Positions 18,065-26,929 of a stretch of DNA of 64,000 nt are shown piece by piece. The stretch comes from a virus, in IMG/VR virus record IMGVR_UViG_3300031649_000001, positions 32,001-96,000 of that record; one strand, 5' to 3'. Position 1 is the stretch's first letter. Each line of letters begins with the position of its first letter. The notes beneath the pieces were generated by a model, which did no database searches, had not been told where the DNA came from, and saw only the letters and a program-made list of their open reading frames with translations. The translations under genes and the position numbers were made by a program.

Positions 18065-18513
18065 TGGCCACCGGCGACTACACGCTGATCTACCCCACCC
18101 CGAAGGTGGGGCTGCCCCGGCTCACCCGCGCCGCGCTGGCGCTGGCCGGTTCGGCGTACGTGAGCGTCGTGTCCGGCGCGGGAAGCCAGGCGCTCCGGGT
18201 CCCCGCAGACCGGGCCGAGGCCATCTACGACCACGCCGGACTGACCGCCGACGGCGAGGACATCCACGACCCGCCGACCGATGCCGAGGTGGCCGCCCGG
18301 CCGCCGGAGAAGACCCCCGATCCCGCGTCGGGCCCGGTCGCGGAGAGCACCGGCCCCGACGCGCCCAAGCTGACCGCCGCCCCCACGCCCAAGGCAGCCC
18401 CGCCCGCCGCTACACCCGGCCGCCCGGCCGGGCGGGCGGGCGGCCGGACGGCCCGCAAGGCGGCCAAGAAGACCACCCCGCGCTCCACCGGCGCGCCCAA
18501 GAAGGAGGGATGA
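18064..18513 (+). CDS. Hypothetical virion-associated protein with Pro/Lys-rich tail
   Basis: Coupled start; position between capsid and tail tube. Confidence 0.6.
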   Translation: MATGDYTLIYPTPKVGLPRLTRAALALAGSAYVSVVSGAGSQALRVPADRAEAIYDHAGLTADGEDIHDPPTDAEVAARPPEKTPDPASGPVAESTGPDAPKLTAAPTPKAAPPAATPGRPAGRAGGRTARKAAKKTTPRSTGAPKKEG

Positions 18514-18516
18514 CCA

Positions 18517-19983
18517 GTGGCGACAAGCTGCCCGAGCTTCCTGCGCGGCACGGCGATGCGCGTGACGCGGCTGGATGCCTGCGGCCGACCCGTCTACGGG
18601 GACGGGAACATGGTGGTCAGTGACGGGTTCGTCACGGCCACCCTGTCGGCCGAGGTGCAGGAGGGTGACGCCATCACCGTCACCAAGGCCAACGGCCAGA
18701 CCTGCATCAACGAGCCCGGCGAAGACCAGCTCCAGTGGTACACGACGGAGATCGAGTTCTGCCAGGTCGACCCCGACCTGATCCAGATCATGAACCAGTC
18801 GTGGGACAAGGTCCTGGACGCCCAGGGCAACGTGATCGGCTACAACGCCAACGGCACCCTCTCCGGCGACGGCTTCGCGCTGGAGATCTGGATGGACACC
18901 TACGGCACCGGCGACGCCTGCTCCGGCGACACCGCCCAGGGCTCGTGGGGCTACATCCTGCTGCCGTGGGTCAAGGGCGGCGCGCCCGGTGATATCGAGA
19001 TCGGCAACGACGCGATCTCCTTCACCTTCAACGGCAAGACCAAGGTCGGCTCCGCCTGGCGGCGCGGCCCCTACGCCGTGCAGCTCCAGGCCAACGGCGC
19101 ACCCGGCCCGCTCCTCCAGCCCATCGGCGACAACACCCACTACCGGCTCTTCGAGACCACGCTCCGCCCGCCGGAGCCGGAGTGCGGAGCTCAGCCGGTG
19201 GACCGCCCGACTCCGGAGGTGGCCGAGCTGACCATCACCGGCGTGGCCGGGGAGAGCCCCCGCCGTACCGTCCGCCTGCGCGCGGACAACCACGGCTTCG
19301 GCCCGGTGACCATCGACTGGGGCGACGCCTCCACGGACACCATCGCCAGCGACGGCGCCTGGGTGACGCACACCTACGCCGCCGACGGCGAGTACACCAT
19401 CACCGTCCGGGACCAGCAGACCCCGGCCGTCACGGTGACCAAGGACATCACCGTCCCGCTCCCCGCCGACGACCCGATCCTCACGCTGACCGCCGACGAC
19501 CCCGAGGACCGGTACACCGTGACCGCCACGGTGACGCTGCCGGAGCAGTCCTCCGGCGTGGCGAACATCGACTGGGGCGACGGCACCGACCCCGAAGAGG
19601 TCACCGTCGGCGTGGACGGCACCGTCGACGTCACCCACACCTACACGGCGGCCGGGGTCTACACGGTCACCGTGCGCCGGGCGGACGTGGAGACCTACCG
19701 CGCCCGCGAAGCCGTCGCGGTCCCGGTCCAGGACGACCCGACCGTGACCTTCGCCGAGGACACCGCCGACGCCACCGCCCACACGGTCGAGCTGACCTGG
19801 GACAACGCCCCCAACGGCCCCGTGAGCATCAACTGGGGCGACGGCACGGTGGTGGACCAGACCGAGGACGGCACCGACGTGACGCACCTGTACGCCACCA
19901 ACGGCAGCAAGACGGTGACCGTGACCAGCAAGGCGAACGCTGCGGCGTCCACCAGCGTCACCTTCACCATCCCGTTCCCGTAG
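18517..19983 (+). CDS. Major tail protein with three C-terminal PKD/Ig-like domains
   Basis: RG.AMRVTRLDACG.P, FCQVDPD, GFALE.W, GY.LLPWV.GG; three 'IDWGDG...THTY...G.YT.TV' repeats. Confidence 0.88.
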   Translation: MATSCPSFLRGTAMRVTRLDACGRPVYGDGNMVVSDGFVTATLSAEVQEGDAITVTKANGQTCINEPGEDQLQWYTTEIEFCQVDPDLIQIMNQSWDKVLDAQGNVIGYNANGTLSGDGFALEIWMDTYGTGDACSGDTAQGSWGYILLPWVKGGAPGDIEIGNDAISFTFNGKTKVGSAWRRGPYAVQLQANGAPGPLLQPIGDNTHYRLFETTLRPPEPECGAQPVDRPTPEVAELTITGVAGESPRRTVRLRADNHGFGPVTIDWGDASTDTIASDGAWVTHTYAADGEYTITVRDQQTPAVTVTKDITVPLPADDPILTLTADDPEDRYTVTATVTLPEQSSGVANIDWGDGTDPEEVTVGVDGTVDVTHTYTAAGVYTVTVRRADVETYRAREAVAVPVQDDPTVTFAEDTADATAHTVELTWDNAPNGPVSINWGDGTVVDQTEDGTDVTHLYATNGSKTVTVTSKANAAASTSVTFTIPFP

Positions 19984-20113
19984 GCCCACCAGCCCCCGCC
20001 CGGCCGCCCGGCCGGGCGGGCGGCCGACCCCCTGTCCGCCCACGACCCAGACCCCCGGCGCCGCCTTCTATCCCACGGGCGGCGGCGCCGGGCCCCACTC
20101 CCAGGAGGCAGCC

Positions 20114-20686
20114 ATGGCTGGCGTCAAGATCATCGCCACTCAGGAGACCATGCAGCAGATCGCCCAGCAGCTCGTCTGCTGGGACAACGGCACCGGCTCC
20201 AAGCAGAACATCATCTACCGCACCGACGGCAACCTGCCGTACTTCGAGATCCCGGCGGGAGTCTGCGACGGCGCGCCCGCGCTCACGCTGACCCCCGGCG
20301 GCGCGACCATCACCTGCCCGGACGAGGGCGCGACCACCATCGTGCAGCCGACGGACGCCGAGGTGAGCGGCGTGAACCCCAACAGCTGCACGCTCATCGG
20401 GCCCCCGACCACCCTCGCGGTGGAGGGCACCCCCACCACCACCGCCATCACCGTGGACTGGGTCGCCCCGGCCGGTGCGGCACCCACCGGCTACCGGCTG
20501 GCCTACCGCGCCGACGGCTCCAGCGGCGCGTGGACCTACATCACGGTGGGGGCGGGGGTCCTCACGGCCACCGCGACCGGCCTGACCATCGACACGGACT
20601 ACGACTTCAAGGTGCAGGCCCTCCACGGCACCTACAGCTCCGCGTTCACCTCGCCCGACGTCACCATCTCCACCGCCGCCGCCTGA
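20114..20686 (+). CDS. Fibronectin type III domain virion protein
   Basis: ITVDWVAP...TGYRLAYR...W...TGL...TDYDFKVQA. Confidence 0.8.
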   Translation: MAGVKIIATQETMQQIAQQLVCWDNGTGSKQNIIYRTDGNLPYFEIPAGVCDGAPALTLTPGGATITCPDEGATTIVQPTDAEVSGVNPNSCTLIGPPTTLAVEGTPTTTAITVDWVAPAGAAPTGYRLAYRADGSSGAWTYITVGAGVLTATATGLTIDTDYDFKVQALHGTYSSAFTSPDVTISTAAA

Positions 20687-20761
20687 TCCCATCCACGCAG
20701 ATCGACCCTCCGGGCGGGCGGCTGACCGGCCGCCCGCCCGGCCGTACGTCCTGGAGGCGCC

Positions 20762-23700
20762 GTGGCTCTGGCCGAGTACGACGACGTGTACTGGTTTCCG
20801 GACGGGACGCTCGCCCGGAACATTCCCGCGCGCGTCTTCCCGGAGCACTCCAACGAGTTCGCGACCCTCTACACCGACGCCACCGGCGACACCGAACTCC
20901 CCAATCCCCTCAACACCGACAACGACGGCCGCCTCACCTTCTGGGCCGAAGCGGGGATCTACTGGATCCACATCGACAGCGAGTCCATCCGCGTCGGCGT
21001 CGGCACCAGCGAAGAGGGCGTGACCCCGGCGCAGGTCGCGGCGGCCATCGCCGCACACAACGCCGACCACACCGACGTCCACGGCATCGTGGAGACGGCG
21101 GACCTGGCCACGGATGCGGAGCTGGCCGCACACGCGGCCGACACCACGAGCGTGCACGGCATCGCCAACACGGCGCTGCTGGAGACGCAGGCCGGGGCAC
21201 AGGCGAAGGCGGACGCGGCTCAGGCGGCGGCCGAGGCGAACGCCAGCGCCGACGCCGCCGGGCAGATCTCCGAGGCGCGCGGCGAGCTGGAGGAGGACAT
21301 CGCCGCCGGGGACGCCGCGCAGGCTGCGGCGCTGGCCGCGCACGCCGCCGACACGACCAACGTCCACGGCATCCCCGACACGGCCAACATCCCCACGAAC
21401 GCCGAGTTCGAGCAGGTCCAGGCGGACCTCGCCGCGCACGAGGCCGACACCACGGCGGTGCACGGCATCGCGAACACGGCCGACCTGGCCACCGACGCGG
21501 ATGTGGCTGCGGTGGCGTCGGGCCTGGCCGATCACGTCGCCGACACGACCGGCGTCCACGGCATCGCCAACACCGCCGACCTGCTCACGACCGCGGACCT
21601 TGAGCAGTACGCCACCGACGCGGAGCTGGCCGCTCACGTCGCCGACACCACGGCGGTCCACGGCATCACGGACACGGCCGACCTGGTCACGAGCGCGGAT
21701 CTGGCCGGGCTGGCGACGGACGCCGAGGTGGCCGCCGTCCAGGGCAACCTGGACGCGCACGCCGCCGACACCACGGCGGTGCACGGCATCGCGAACACGG
21801 CCGACCTGGTGACGGATGCGGATCTGGCCGGGCTGGCGACTGAGGCCGCCCTGGAAGCCCACGCCAGCGCCACCACCGACGTCCACGGCATCACCGACAC
21901 CGGCGACCTGCTGACCCAGGCCGACCTGGACGAGTACGCCACGGACGCGGAGCTGGCCGCGCACGCGGCCGACACCACGGCGGTCCACGGCATCGCGAAC
22001 ACCGCCGACCTGGAGACGGCCACCGGCGCCCAGACCAAGGCCGACGCCGCCCGTGACGCGGCCATCGCCGACGCCGCCACCAAGTACCTCAACCGGCTCA
22101 CCGGCGGCACCGTGACCGGCGACGTGATCATTGAGGGGGCGAACCTCACCGTCCAGAAGCCGGACGACGCGGGCGGCTACCGGCTGCGCACCACCGGCTC
22201 CTCCAACGACCTGGACGTCTCCCTCGAAACGTTCGTGTCGTTCTTCGCGAACCCGGACTTCTCGGGGACGCAGACGCCGCTCATGCGGTGGGAGGCCGCC
22301 GGGCCTCACCTCATCGGGCACGTGCAGATCGGCTCCAACCCCTACGACTCCGTCTTCGACTTCGACGCTGCTGCCGCCGCCGCCACCTTCAACGGGGACC
22401 TCACCGTCACCGGCGCCCTGAACGCCAACGGGGTGACGGACTGGATCAACGCCAGGACCCACGGCGCCACCGGCGATGACGTCACCGACGACATCGACGC
22501 CCTGGAAGACGCCGTGCAGGCGTGCCCGCTGGGCGGTGTGGTCTACCTGCCCAACGGCCGCTACCGCACCTCGCGGACGCTGTACGTGCCGCCCGGGGTG
22601 ACGGTGATGATGCCCCACGCCAACCTGATGGCGGTGCCGGGCATCACCGACCCGCCGTGCTCCATCAAGCCGCTCGATGAGTTCACCGGCCCGGCCGCCA
22701 TCGGGTTCCTCAACCAGACGGCAGGCGGCTACCCGGCCATCCCCGCAGAACACCGCCTGGTCAACGTGATGATCGACGGCTCCGCCTACACGGCCGCCGC
22801 GCTCGACGGCATCCAGGCGAAGGGGAACATCCAGAACATCTGCATGTACGGCTGCACCATCCGCTACATGTCCGGCAATGGCATCTACACCGACATCGGC
22901 GCCGACAGCGTGTTCCCGTACTCGTGGCGCCTCTACAGGGTCATGATCGACAACTGCGACGGGCACGGCTTCGCGTTCAACGTGATGACCGACATCACCC
23001 TTTTCGACTGCCAGTCCATCGGCAACGGGGCGAACGGCTTCTACCTGCGCAACCTGGCCAACTCGCAGATGTCGCTGTGCCGGGCGGAGTGGAACGGCAA
23101 CCACGGCTACGCCTTCACCGGCGACTGGGGCGAAGGCGCCGGTGCGGGGGCGCTGGTGGCGTCGGGCTGTTCCACGGACCGCAACGGCTGGGACGGCATC
23201 CACGTGGATGCGACCGGCACCACACCCATCGTGTTCAACGGGCTCATGCTGAGGCGCGACGGCCGCAACAACGGCGCCGGGGGCGGCGGGTACGCGGCCC
23301 TGGCCACCTACGCGGCCACCATCCCCATCGTGGTGGACGGACTGACCGTCTACCCGGGCACCGACGACAACGGCACCGGCACCTCATCCCCGGAGATGGG
23401 CGTCAACCTCCAGGCCGTCACCGAGGCGTTCACCCTCGACAATGCATATATCCACGTAGCCACGACCCCGCTCAACGACGACGGCACCAACCTCCGCGTC
23501 CAGCTCGGCCCGAACATCATCCGCGCCACCGGCCCCACCACCGCCCCCGTAGTGGCGCCGGTGTCGGCGTGGAACTGGGCCGGGACGGCGACCGCCCAGC
23601 AGGAGGCCGCCGCCGACAACGTCCTGGAGACGCTGATCGCGGGCGAGGACTTCCCCCGCTCGGTCATCCGCGCGGATGGAATGGTGGTGTTCGGCGGCGG

Positions 23701-24100
23701 CACCGTCGCGCCGGACACACCGGGCTGGTACCGCGAGATCGGGGGCAACCTCAAGACCGACTCCTACGTGAACATGAACTCCGGCGGCCAGTCCGGCGGC
23801 CCCTTCACCTCCTGGGCGGCCGACCCCAAGGCGCTGCGGGCGGGCGCCGGAGGCGGCGGACTGTCCGTCGCCGAGGGCGCCAACGGCCGCCTGGGGGTTG
23901 CCACGCTGGTGGCCGGGACCGTGACCGTGGCCAACACCAGCATCACCGCCACCAGCCGGATCTTCATCACGCGGTCCGCCGCCGGGGGCACCCTCGGCCA
24001 CCTCACCGTCACCAAGAACGCGGGCGTGGGCTTCACCGTCACCAGCTCCAGCCCGACCGAGACATCCACCGTGGAGTGGTTCGCGGTGGAGCCGTCGTAG
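20762..24100 (+). CDS. Fibre/spike protein: His-repeat stalk + pectate-lyase-like beta-helix
   Basis: Nine H..DTT.VHGI..TADL repeats; HGATGDDVTDD..AL..A...GGVVYLP.GRY beta-helix start; N/G-rich parallel beta-helix strands. Confidence 0.8.
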   Translation: MALAEYDDVYWFPDGTLARNIPARVFPEHSNEFATLYTDATGDTELPNPLNTDNDGRLTFWAEAGIYWIHIDSESIRVGVGTSEEGVTPAQVAAAIAAHNADHTDVHGIVETADLATDAELAAHAADTTSVHGIANTALLETQAGAQAKADAAQAAAEANASADAAGQISEARGELEEDIAAGDAAQAAALAAHAADTTNVHGIPDTANIPTNAEFEQVQADLAAHEADTTAVHGIANTADLATDADVAAVASGLADHVADTTGVHGIANTADLLTTADLEQYATDAELAAHVADTTAVHGITDTADLVTSADLAGLATDAEVAAVQGNLDAHAADTTAVHGIANTADLVTDADLAGLATEAALEAHASATTDVHGITDTGDLLTQADLDEYATDAELAAHAADTTAVHGIANTADLETATGAQTKADAARDAAIADAATKYLNRLTGGTVTGDVIIEGANLTVQKPDDAGGYRLRTTGSSNDLDVSLETFVSFFANPDFSGTQTPLMRWEAAGPHLIGHVQIGSNPYDSVFDFDAAAAAATFNGDLTVTGALNANGVTDWINARTHGATGDDVTDDIDALEDAVQACPLGGVVYLPNGRYRTSRTLYVPPGVTVMMPHANLMAVPGITDPPCSIKPLDEFTGPAAIGFLNQTAGGYPAIPAEHRLVNVMIDGSAYTAAALDGIQAKGNIQNICMYGCTIRYMSGNGIYTDIGADSVFPYSWRLYRVMIDNCDGHGFAFNVMTDITLFDCQSIGNGANGFYLRNLANSQMSLCRAEWNGNHGYAFTGDWGEGAGAGALVASGCSTDRNGWDGIHVDATGTTPIVFNGLMLRRDGRNNGAGGGGYAALATYAATIPIVVDGLTVYPGTDDNGTGTSSPEMGVNLQAVTEAFTLDNAYIHVATTPLNDDGTNLRVQLGPNIIRATGPTTAPVVAPVSAWNWAGTATAQQEAAADNVLETLIAGEDFPRSVIRADGMVVFGGGTVAPDTPGWYREIGGNLKTDSYVNMNSGGQSGGPFTSWAADPKALRAGAGGGGLSVAEGANGRLGVATLVAGTVTVANTSITATSRIFITRSAAGGTLGHLTVTKNAGVGFTVTSSSPTETSTVEWFAVEPS
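21055..22015 (+). repeat. Nine in-frame repeats encoding HxADTTxVHGIxxTADL
   Basis: Recurrent gccgacaccacggcggt(g/c)cacggcatc-like units. Confidence 0.85.
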
Positions 24101-24141
24101 CCTGACCGGACCAACCTGAACCGCCGACCGGGGGAGGCCCA

Positions 24142-25020
24142 ATGCCCGTCATCAACCCCACCGTCCCCGGCCCCATCACACCGGACGGCTCGGGACCGTG
24201 CGCGTGGCCGCTGGACACCGCGTGCGCCCCGGAGTTCCCGCCGCTCGTGGCCGACTGGACCCCTCAGCACGTCCTTGCCGTGGAGATCGCCACGGAGCTG
24301 CTGTGGGCGCGTACCGCCGGGCGGTACGGGCTGTGCCCGGAGCTGATCCGGCCGTGCCGCCGGGCGTGCTCCCCCGACCGCCACGGGACCGGCTGGCTCT
24401 GGGACCCCCAGCAGACCGCCCCCCTCAACCCCTACCTGGACGAGCGCGGCAAGTGGTTCAACTTCGGGTGCGGGTGCTCCCGGGAGAACTGCGGCTGCAA
24501 GCCCCTGTGCACCATCCGCCTGCCCGGCCCGGTCAACGCGGTGGTGGAGGTCCGCGTGGACGGGGAGGTGCTCCCGCCCGACGAATACGTGCTCCACCGG
24601 CGCTCCGGCTACGGCGACCTGATCCGCAAGGGCGGCCTGGAGGGCGAGTGCTGGCCGACCTGTCAAGACCTGGAGAAGGACGTCACCGAACCCGGAACGT
24701 TCTCCGTGCTGTACCTGCGCGGGAAGGCCGTCCCCGCCGCCGGGATGCGCGCGCTCGGCTCCCTCGCCAACGAGATCTACAAGCAGTGCACCGGCGCCCG
24801 GGGCTGCCGCCTGCCGGAGCGGGTCCAGACCGTCACGAGGGAGGGCGTCACGTACGAGATGTTCGACCCCGGGGAGTGGCTGGACAAGGGCTACACCGGC
24901 CTGCGCGACGTGGACACGTGGATCGCCACGGTGAACCCCAACAGCCTGCGCCAGCCCAGCGCCGTGTTCAGCCTCGACCTTGACCCGGCGCCGTGGGCGC
25001 AGCGAGGAGACCAGCCGTGA
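24142..25020 (+). CDS. Head-to-tail adaptor protein
   Basis: CAWP, LWARTAGRYGLCP..IRPC, LPGPV..V.EV.VDG, WPTCQD, CRLP.RV..VTREGV, TGL..VD.W. Confidence 0.8.
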   Translation: MPVINPTVPGPITPDGSGPCAWPLDTACAPEFPPLVADWTPQHVLAVEIATELLWARTAGRYGLCPELIRPCRRACSPDRHGTGWLWDPQQTAPLNPYLDERGKWFNFGCGCSRENCGCKPLCTIRLPGPVNAVVEVRVDGEVLPPDEYVLHRRSGYGDLIRKGGLEGECWPTCQDLEKDVTEPGTFSVLYLRGKAVPAAGMRALGSLANEIYKQCTGARGCRLPERVQTVTREGVTYEMFDPGEWLDKGYTGLRDVDTWIATVNPNSLRQPSAVFSLDLDPAPWAQRGDQP

Positions 25021-25532
25021 CCACCCCCGTCCTCACCCCCGAGCAGGCCGACCCGGTCCTGGGCCCCAAGCTCCAGAGCTTTCTGGCGTGCGTGTGTGCG
25101 GAGCTGGCCGACGCCGGGCGGCCGGTGTGTCACTGCTGCCTGGTATGGGGAGCGACCCGGCCCCCGGCCGACTACTGCGACTGCGACTGTGCGGACGGCC
25201 ACGGCCAGGCGTACGTGCGGGTGGTCCGGCTGGACCCCCAGTCCACCGGCAACCGGACCACGATGATGAAGTGCCAGCCGGTACGGGTGCGCGCCTGGGT
25301 GGAGGCCGGTGTGTACCGGTGCGTGCCGACCGGCGACGGCGGCGAGCCCGTCACCTGCGACGAGCGGACCGAGTCCGCCTGGGGGTTCATCCGCGACGCC
25401 CGCGCCCTGCGGGCGGCGGTCGCCTGCTGCGACGCCCTCAAGAAGGACCGCATCGAGTTCATGTCCCAGGACCCCGCCGACGTCTCCGGCGGCTGTTCCG
25501 GCGTCTCCGTCCAGTTCACCCTGGATCTCTGA
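25017..25532 (+). CDS. Cys-rich head-tail connector / tail terminator-like protein
   Basis: GTG overlapping upstream stop; L.C.C..L, GQAYVRV, GVYRC.P, A..CC, GGC.G. Confidence 0.65.
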   Translation: MTTPVLTPEQADPVLGPKLQSFLACVCAELADAGRPVCHCCLVWGATRPPADYCDCDCADGHGQAYVRVVRLDPQSTGNRTTMMKCQPVRVRAWVEAGVYRCVPTGDGGEPVTCDERTESAWGFIRDARALRAAVACCDALKKDRIEFMSQDPADVSGGCSGVSVQFTLDL

Positions 25533-25582
25533 TGTACTGACCCCCGTGTCTGAGCCCTTGGCGGGTCCGGACCCTGTGCGTC

Positions 25583-25612
25583 GAGGCCCCGAGGGTGGTT
25601 CCCCGGGGCCTC
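25583..25612 (+). terminator. Stem-loop after connector gene
   Basis: GAGGCCCCG...CGGGGCCTC inverted repeat. Confidence 0.5.
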
Positions 25613-25656
25613 CGCCGTTCCCCCCTCCTCCGTGACCGCCCTCCTACGCACTGTGA

Positions 25657-25705
25657 TGAGACACGGGGTTTGCGCACGGGGATGCGGGCCTATAACGTTG
25701 CGCCC
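25657..25705 (+). promoter_or_regulatory. IR-promoter family member (degenerate right arm)
   Basis: GAGACACGGGGT-TTGCGC-N17-TAACGT. Confidence 0.65.
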
Positions 25706-25742
25706 CGTCACAACCTGCACACATCACCCTGGGGGGACCCAA

Positions 25743-26195
25743 ATGATTCACAACCGGCTCAAGCATGCCGCCGTCACCGCCGTCGCCGCCCTGGCGCTGG
25801 CCGCCTTCGCCACCGCCTGCGAGGACACCACCGCCGACACCGGCTCGTCCTCCAGCTCCGAGGCCAAGAAGGACACCGAGACCAAGGCACCGTCCAAGTC
25901 CGTCGCCGACCAGTTCGCCGCGTACGTCGCCAAGAGCGGCACCGCGAACGAGAAGGCCGCCGCCAAGCACGTCGTCAAGATCCAGGGCGGCGACGACAAC
26001 AACGACATCGCCGACACGGCCGACATCCACACGGACCTCAAGGGCGACCTGATGGACCAGGGCGTCACCGGCTCCGCCAAGCTGCTCTCCTCCGCCTTCG
26101 CCGACTTCCAGGAGAGCCGGGGCAAGGACAGCAAGAACGGCCTGGTCACGGTCTACAACGCGTCCGGCGACATCATCGGGAACGGACAGTACTGA
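25743..26195 (+). CDS. Lipoprotein (possible superinfection exclusion)
   Basis: Signal peptide with lipobox ATA-C, Ser/Lys-rich linker. Confidence 0.75.
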   Translation: MIHNRLKHAAVTAVAALALAAFATACEDTTADTGSSSSSEAKKDTETKAPSKSVADQFAAYVAKSGTANEKAAAKHVVKIQGGDDNNDIADTADIHTDLKGDLMDQGVTGSAKLLSSAFADFQESRGKDSKNGLVTVYNASGDIIGNGQY

Positions 26196-26197
26196 CC

Positions 26198-26776
26198 ATG
26201 ACGACACCGCCCGCAGCCTTCCCGCCGCCGCCCCCGATACCCCCGCACCAGCCCCAGGCTCAGCCGTCGCGTCGGCGCGTGCTGGTGGCCGTGGCCCTCG
26301 CCGGGGTGGTGCTGGTCGCGGCGACCGCCGGGATCACCACGGCCATCGTGTCCGGCTCCGAAGACCCGAAGCCGGGCGAGCCCCGCCCCGCCGCCACCGC
26401 CTCCACGGCTGCCGAACCGCTGCTCACGGAGGAGCCGGAGGAGGAGCCCCAGGCGGCGTACAACACGGAGCCCGACGCGAGCGACTTCACGCTGACGCTG
26501 AAGAAGAAGCGCCAGCAGTGCTTCGGGTCGGCCGGGTGCAACGTGACCGTGGAGCCCGACCTCTCGTACACGGCCGTGCTGCCGCTGGACCCCGAGGTCG
26601 CCTACTCCATCACCTATGAGATCAAGGGCGGCGACGACGGCCCGGTGATCGAGACGCTGGAGCTCACCGACGGCGACCAGCTCTCCTACTCGGAGGTCAG
26701 TGTGAGCACCCCGGGCAGCGGCACCAAGCTGACTGCGGAGGTGACGGACGTCGAGAGCGACGGGTCCGCGTACTGA
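26198..26776 (+). CDS. Single-pass membrane protein with Pro-rich N-terminus
   Basis: RRR + hydrophobic helix; DF.L.LK...QCFGSAGCNVT domain seen in actinophage membrane proteins. Confidence 0.7.
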   Translation: MTTPPAAFPPPPPIPPHQPQAQPSRRRVLVAVALAGVVLVAATAGITTAIVSGSEDPKPGEPRPAATASTAAEPLLTEEPEEEPQAAYNTEPDASDFTLTLKKKRQQCFGSAGCNVTVEPDLSYTAVLPLDPEVAYSITYEIKGGDDGPVIETLELTDGDQLSYSEVSVSTPGSGTKLTAEVTDVESDGSAY

Positions 26777-26787
26777 TCCACGCTGAT

Positions 26788-26816
26788 GAGGGCCGCCCGC
26801 TGCCGGGGCGGCCCTC
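26788..26816 (+). terminator. Stem-loop terminator
   Basis: GAGGGCCGCCC...GGGCGGCCCTC followed by TTC. Confidence 0.55.
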
Positions 26817-26830
26817 TTCGCGTCGACAGG

Positions 26831-26883
26831 GTGAGACATGAGGTTTGCGCGCACAGGACTGTGATGCTAACGTCGTGTCTCAC
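26831..26883 (+). promoter_or_regulatory. IR-embedded sigma70-like promoter
   Basis: GTGAGACATGAGGT-TTGCGC-N17-TAACGT-CGTGTCTCAC. Confidence 0.8.
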
Positions 26884-26929
26884 GACACCGGGGGCGCCGC
26901 CCCCACCACGACCAGCCGAGGAGCCCGCC

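Noticed and set aside
21055-22015. Regularly spaced DNA repeats resembling a CRISPR array
   Set aside because: In-frame, degenerate at third positions, encode a peptide repeat of the fibre; no cas genes
26831-26883. IR-promoters as recombinase-invertible switches
   Set aside because: Spacer of ~17 bp is too short for intramolecular synapsis, and all copies point toward their downstream genes
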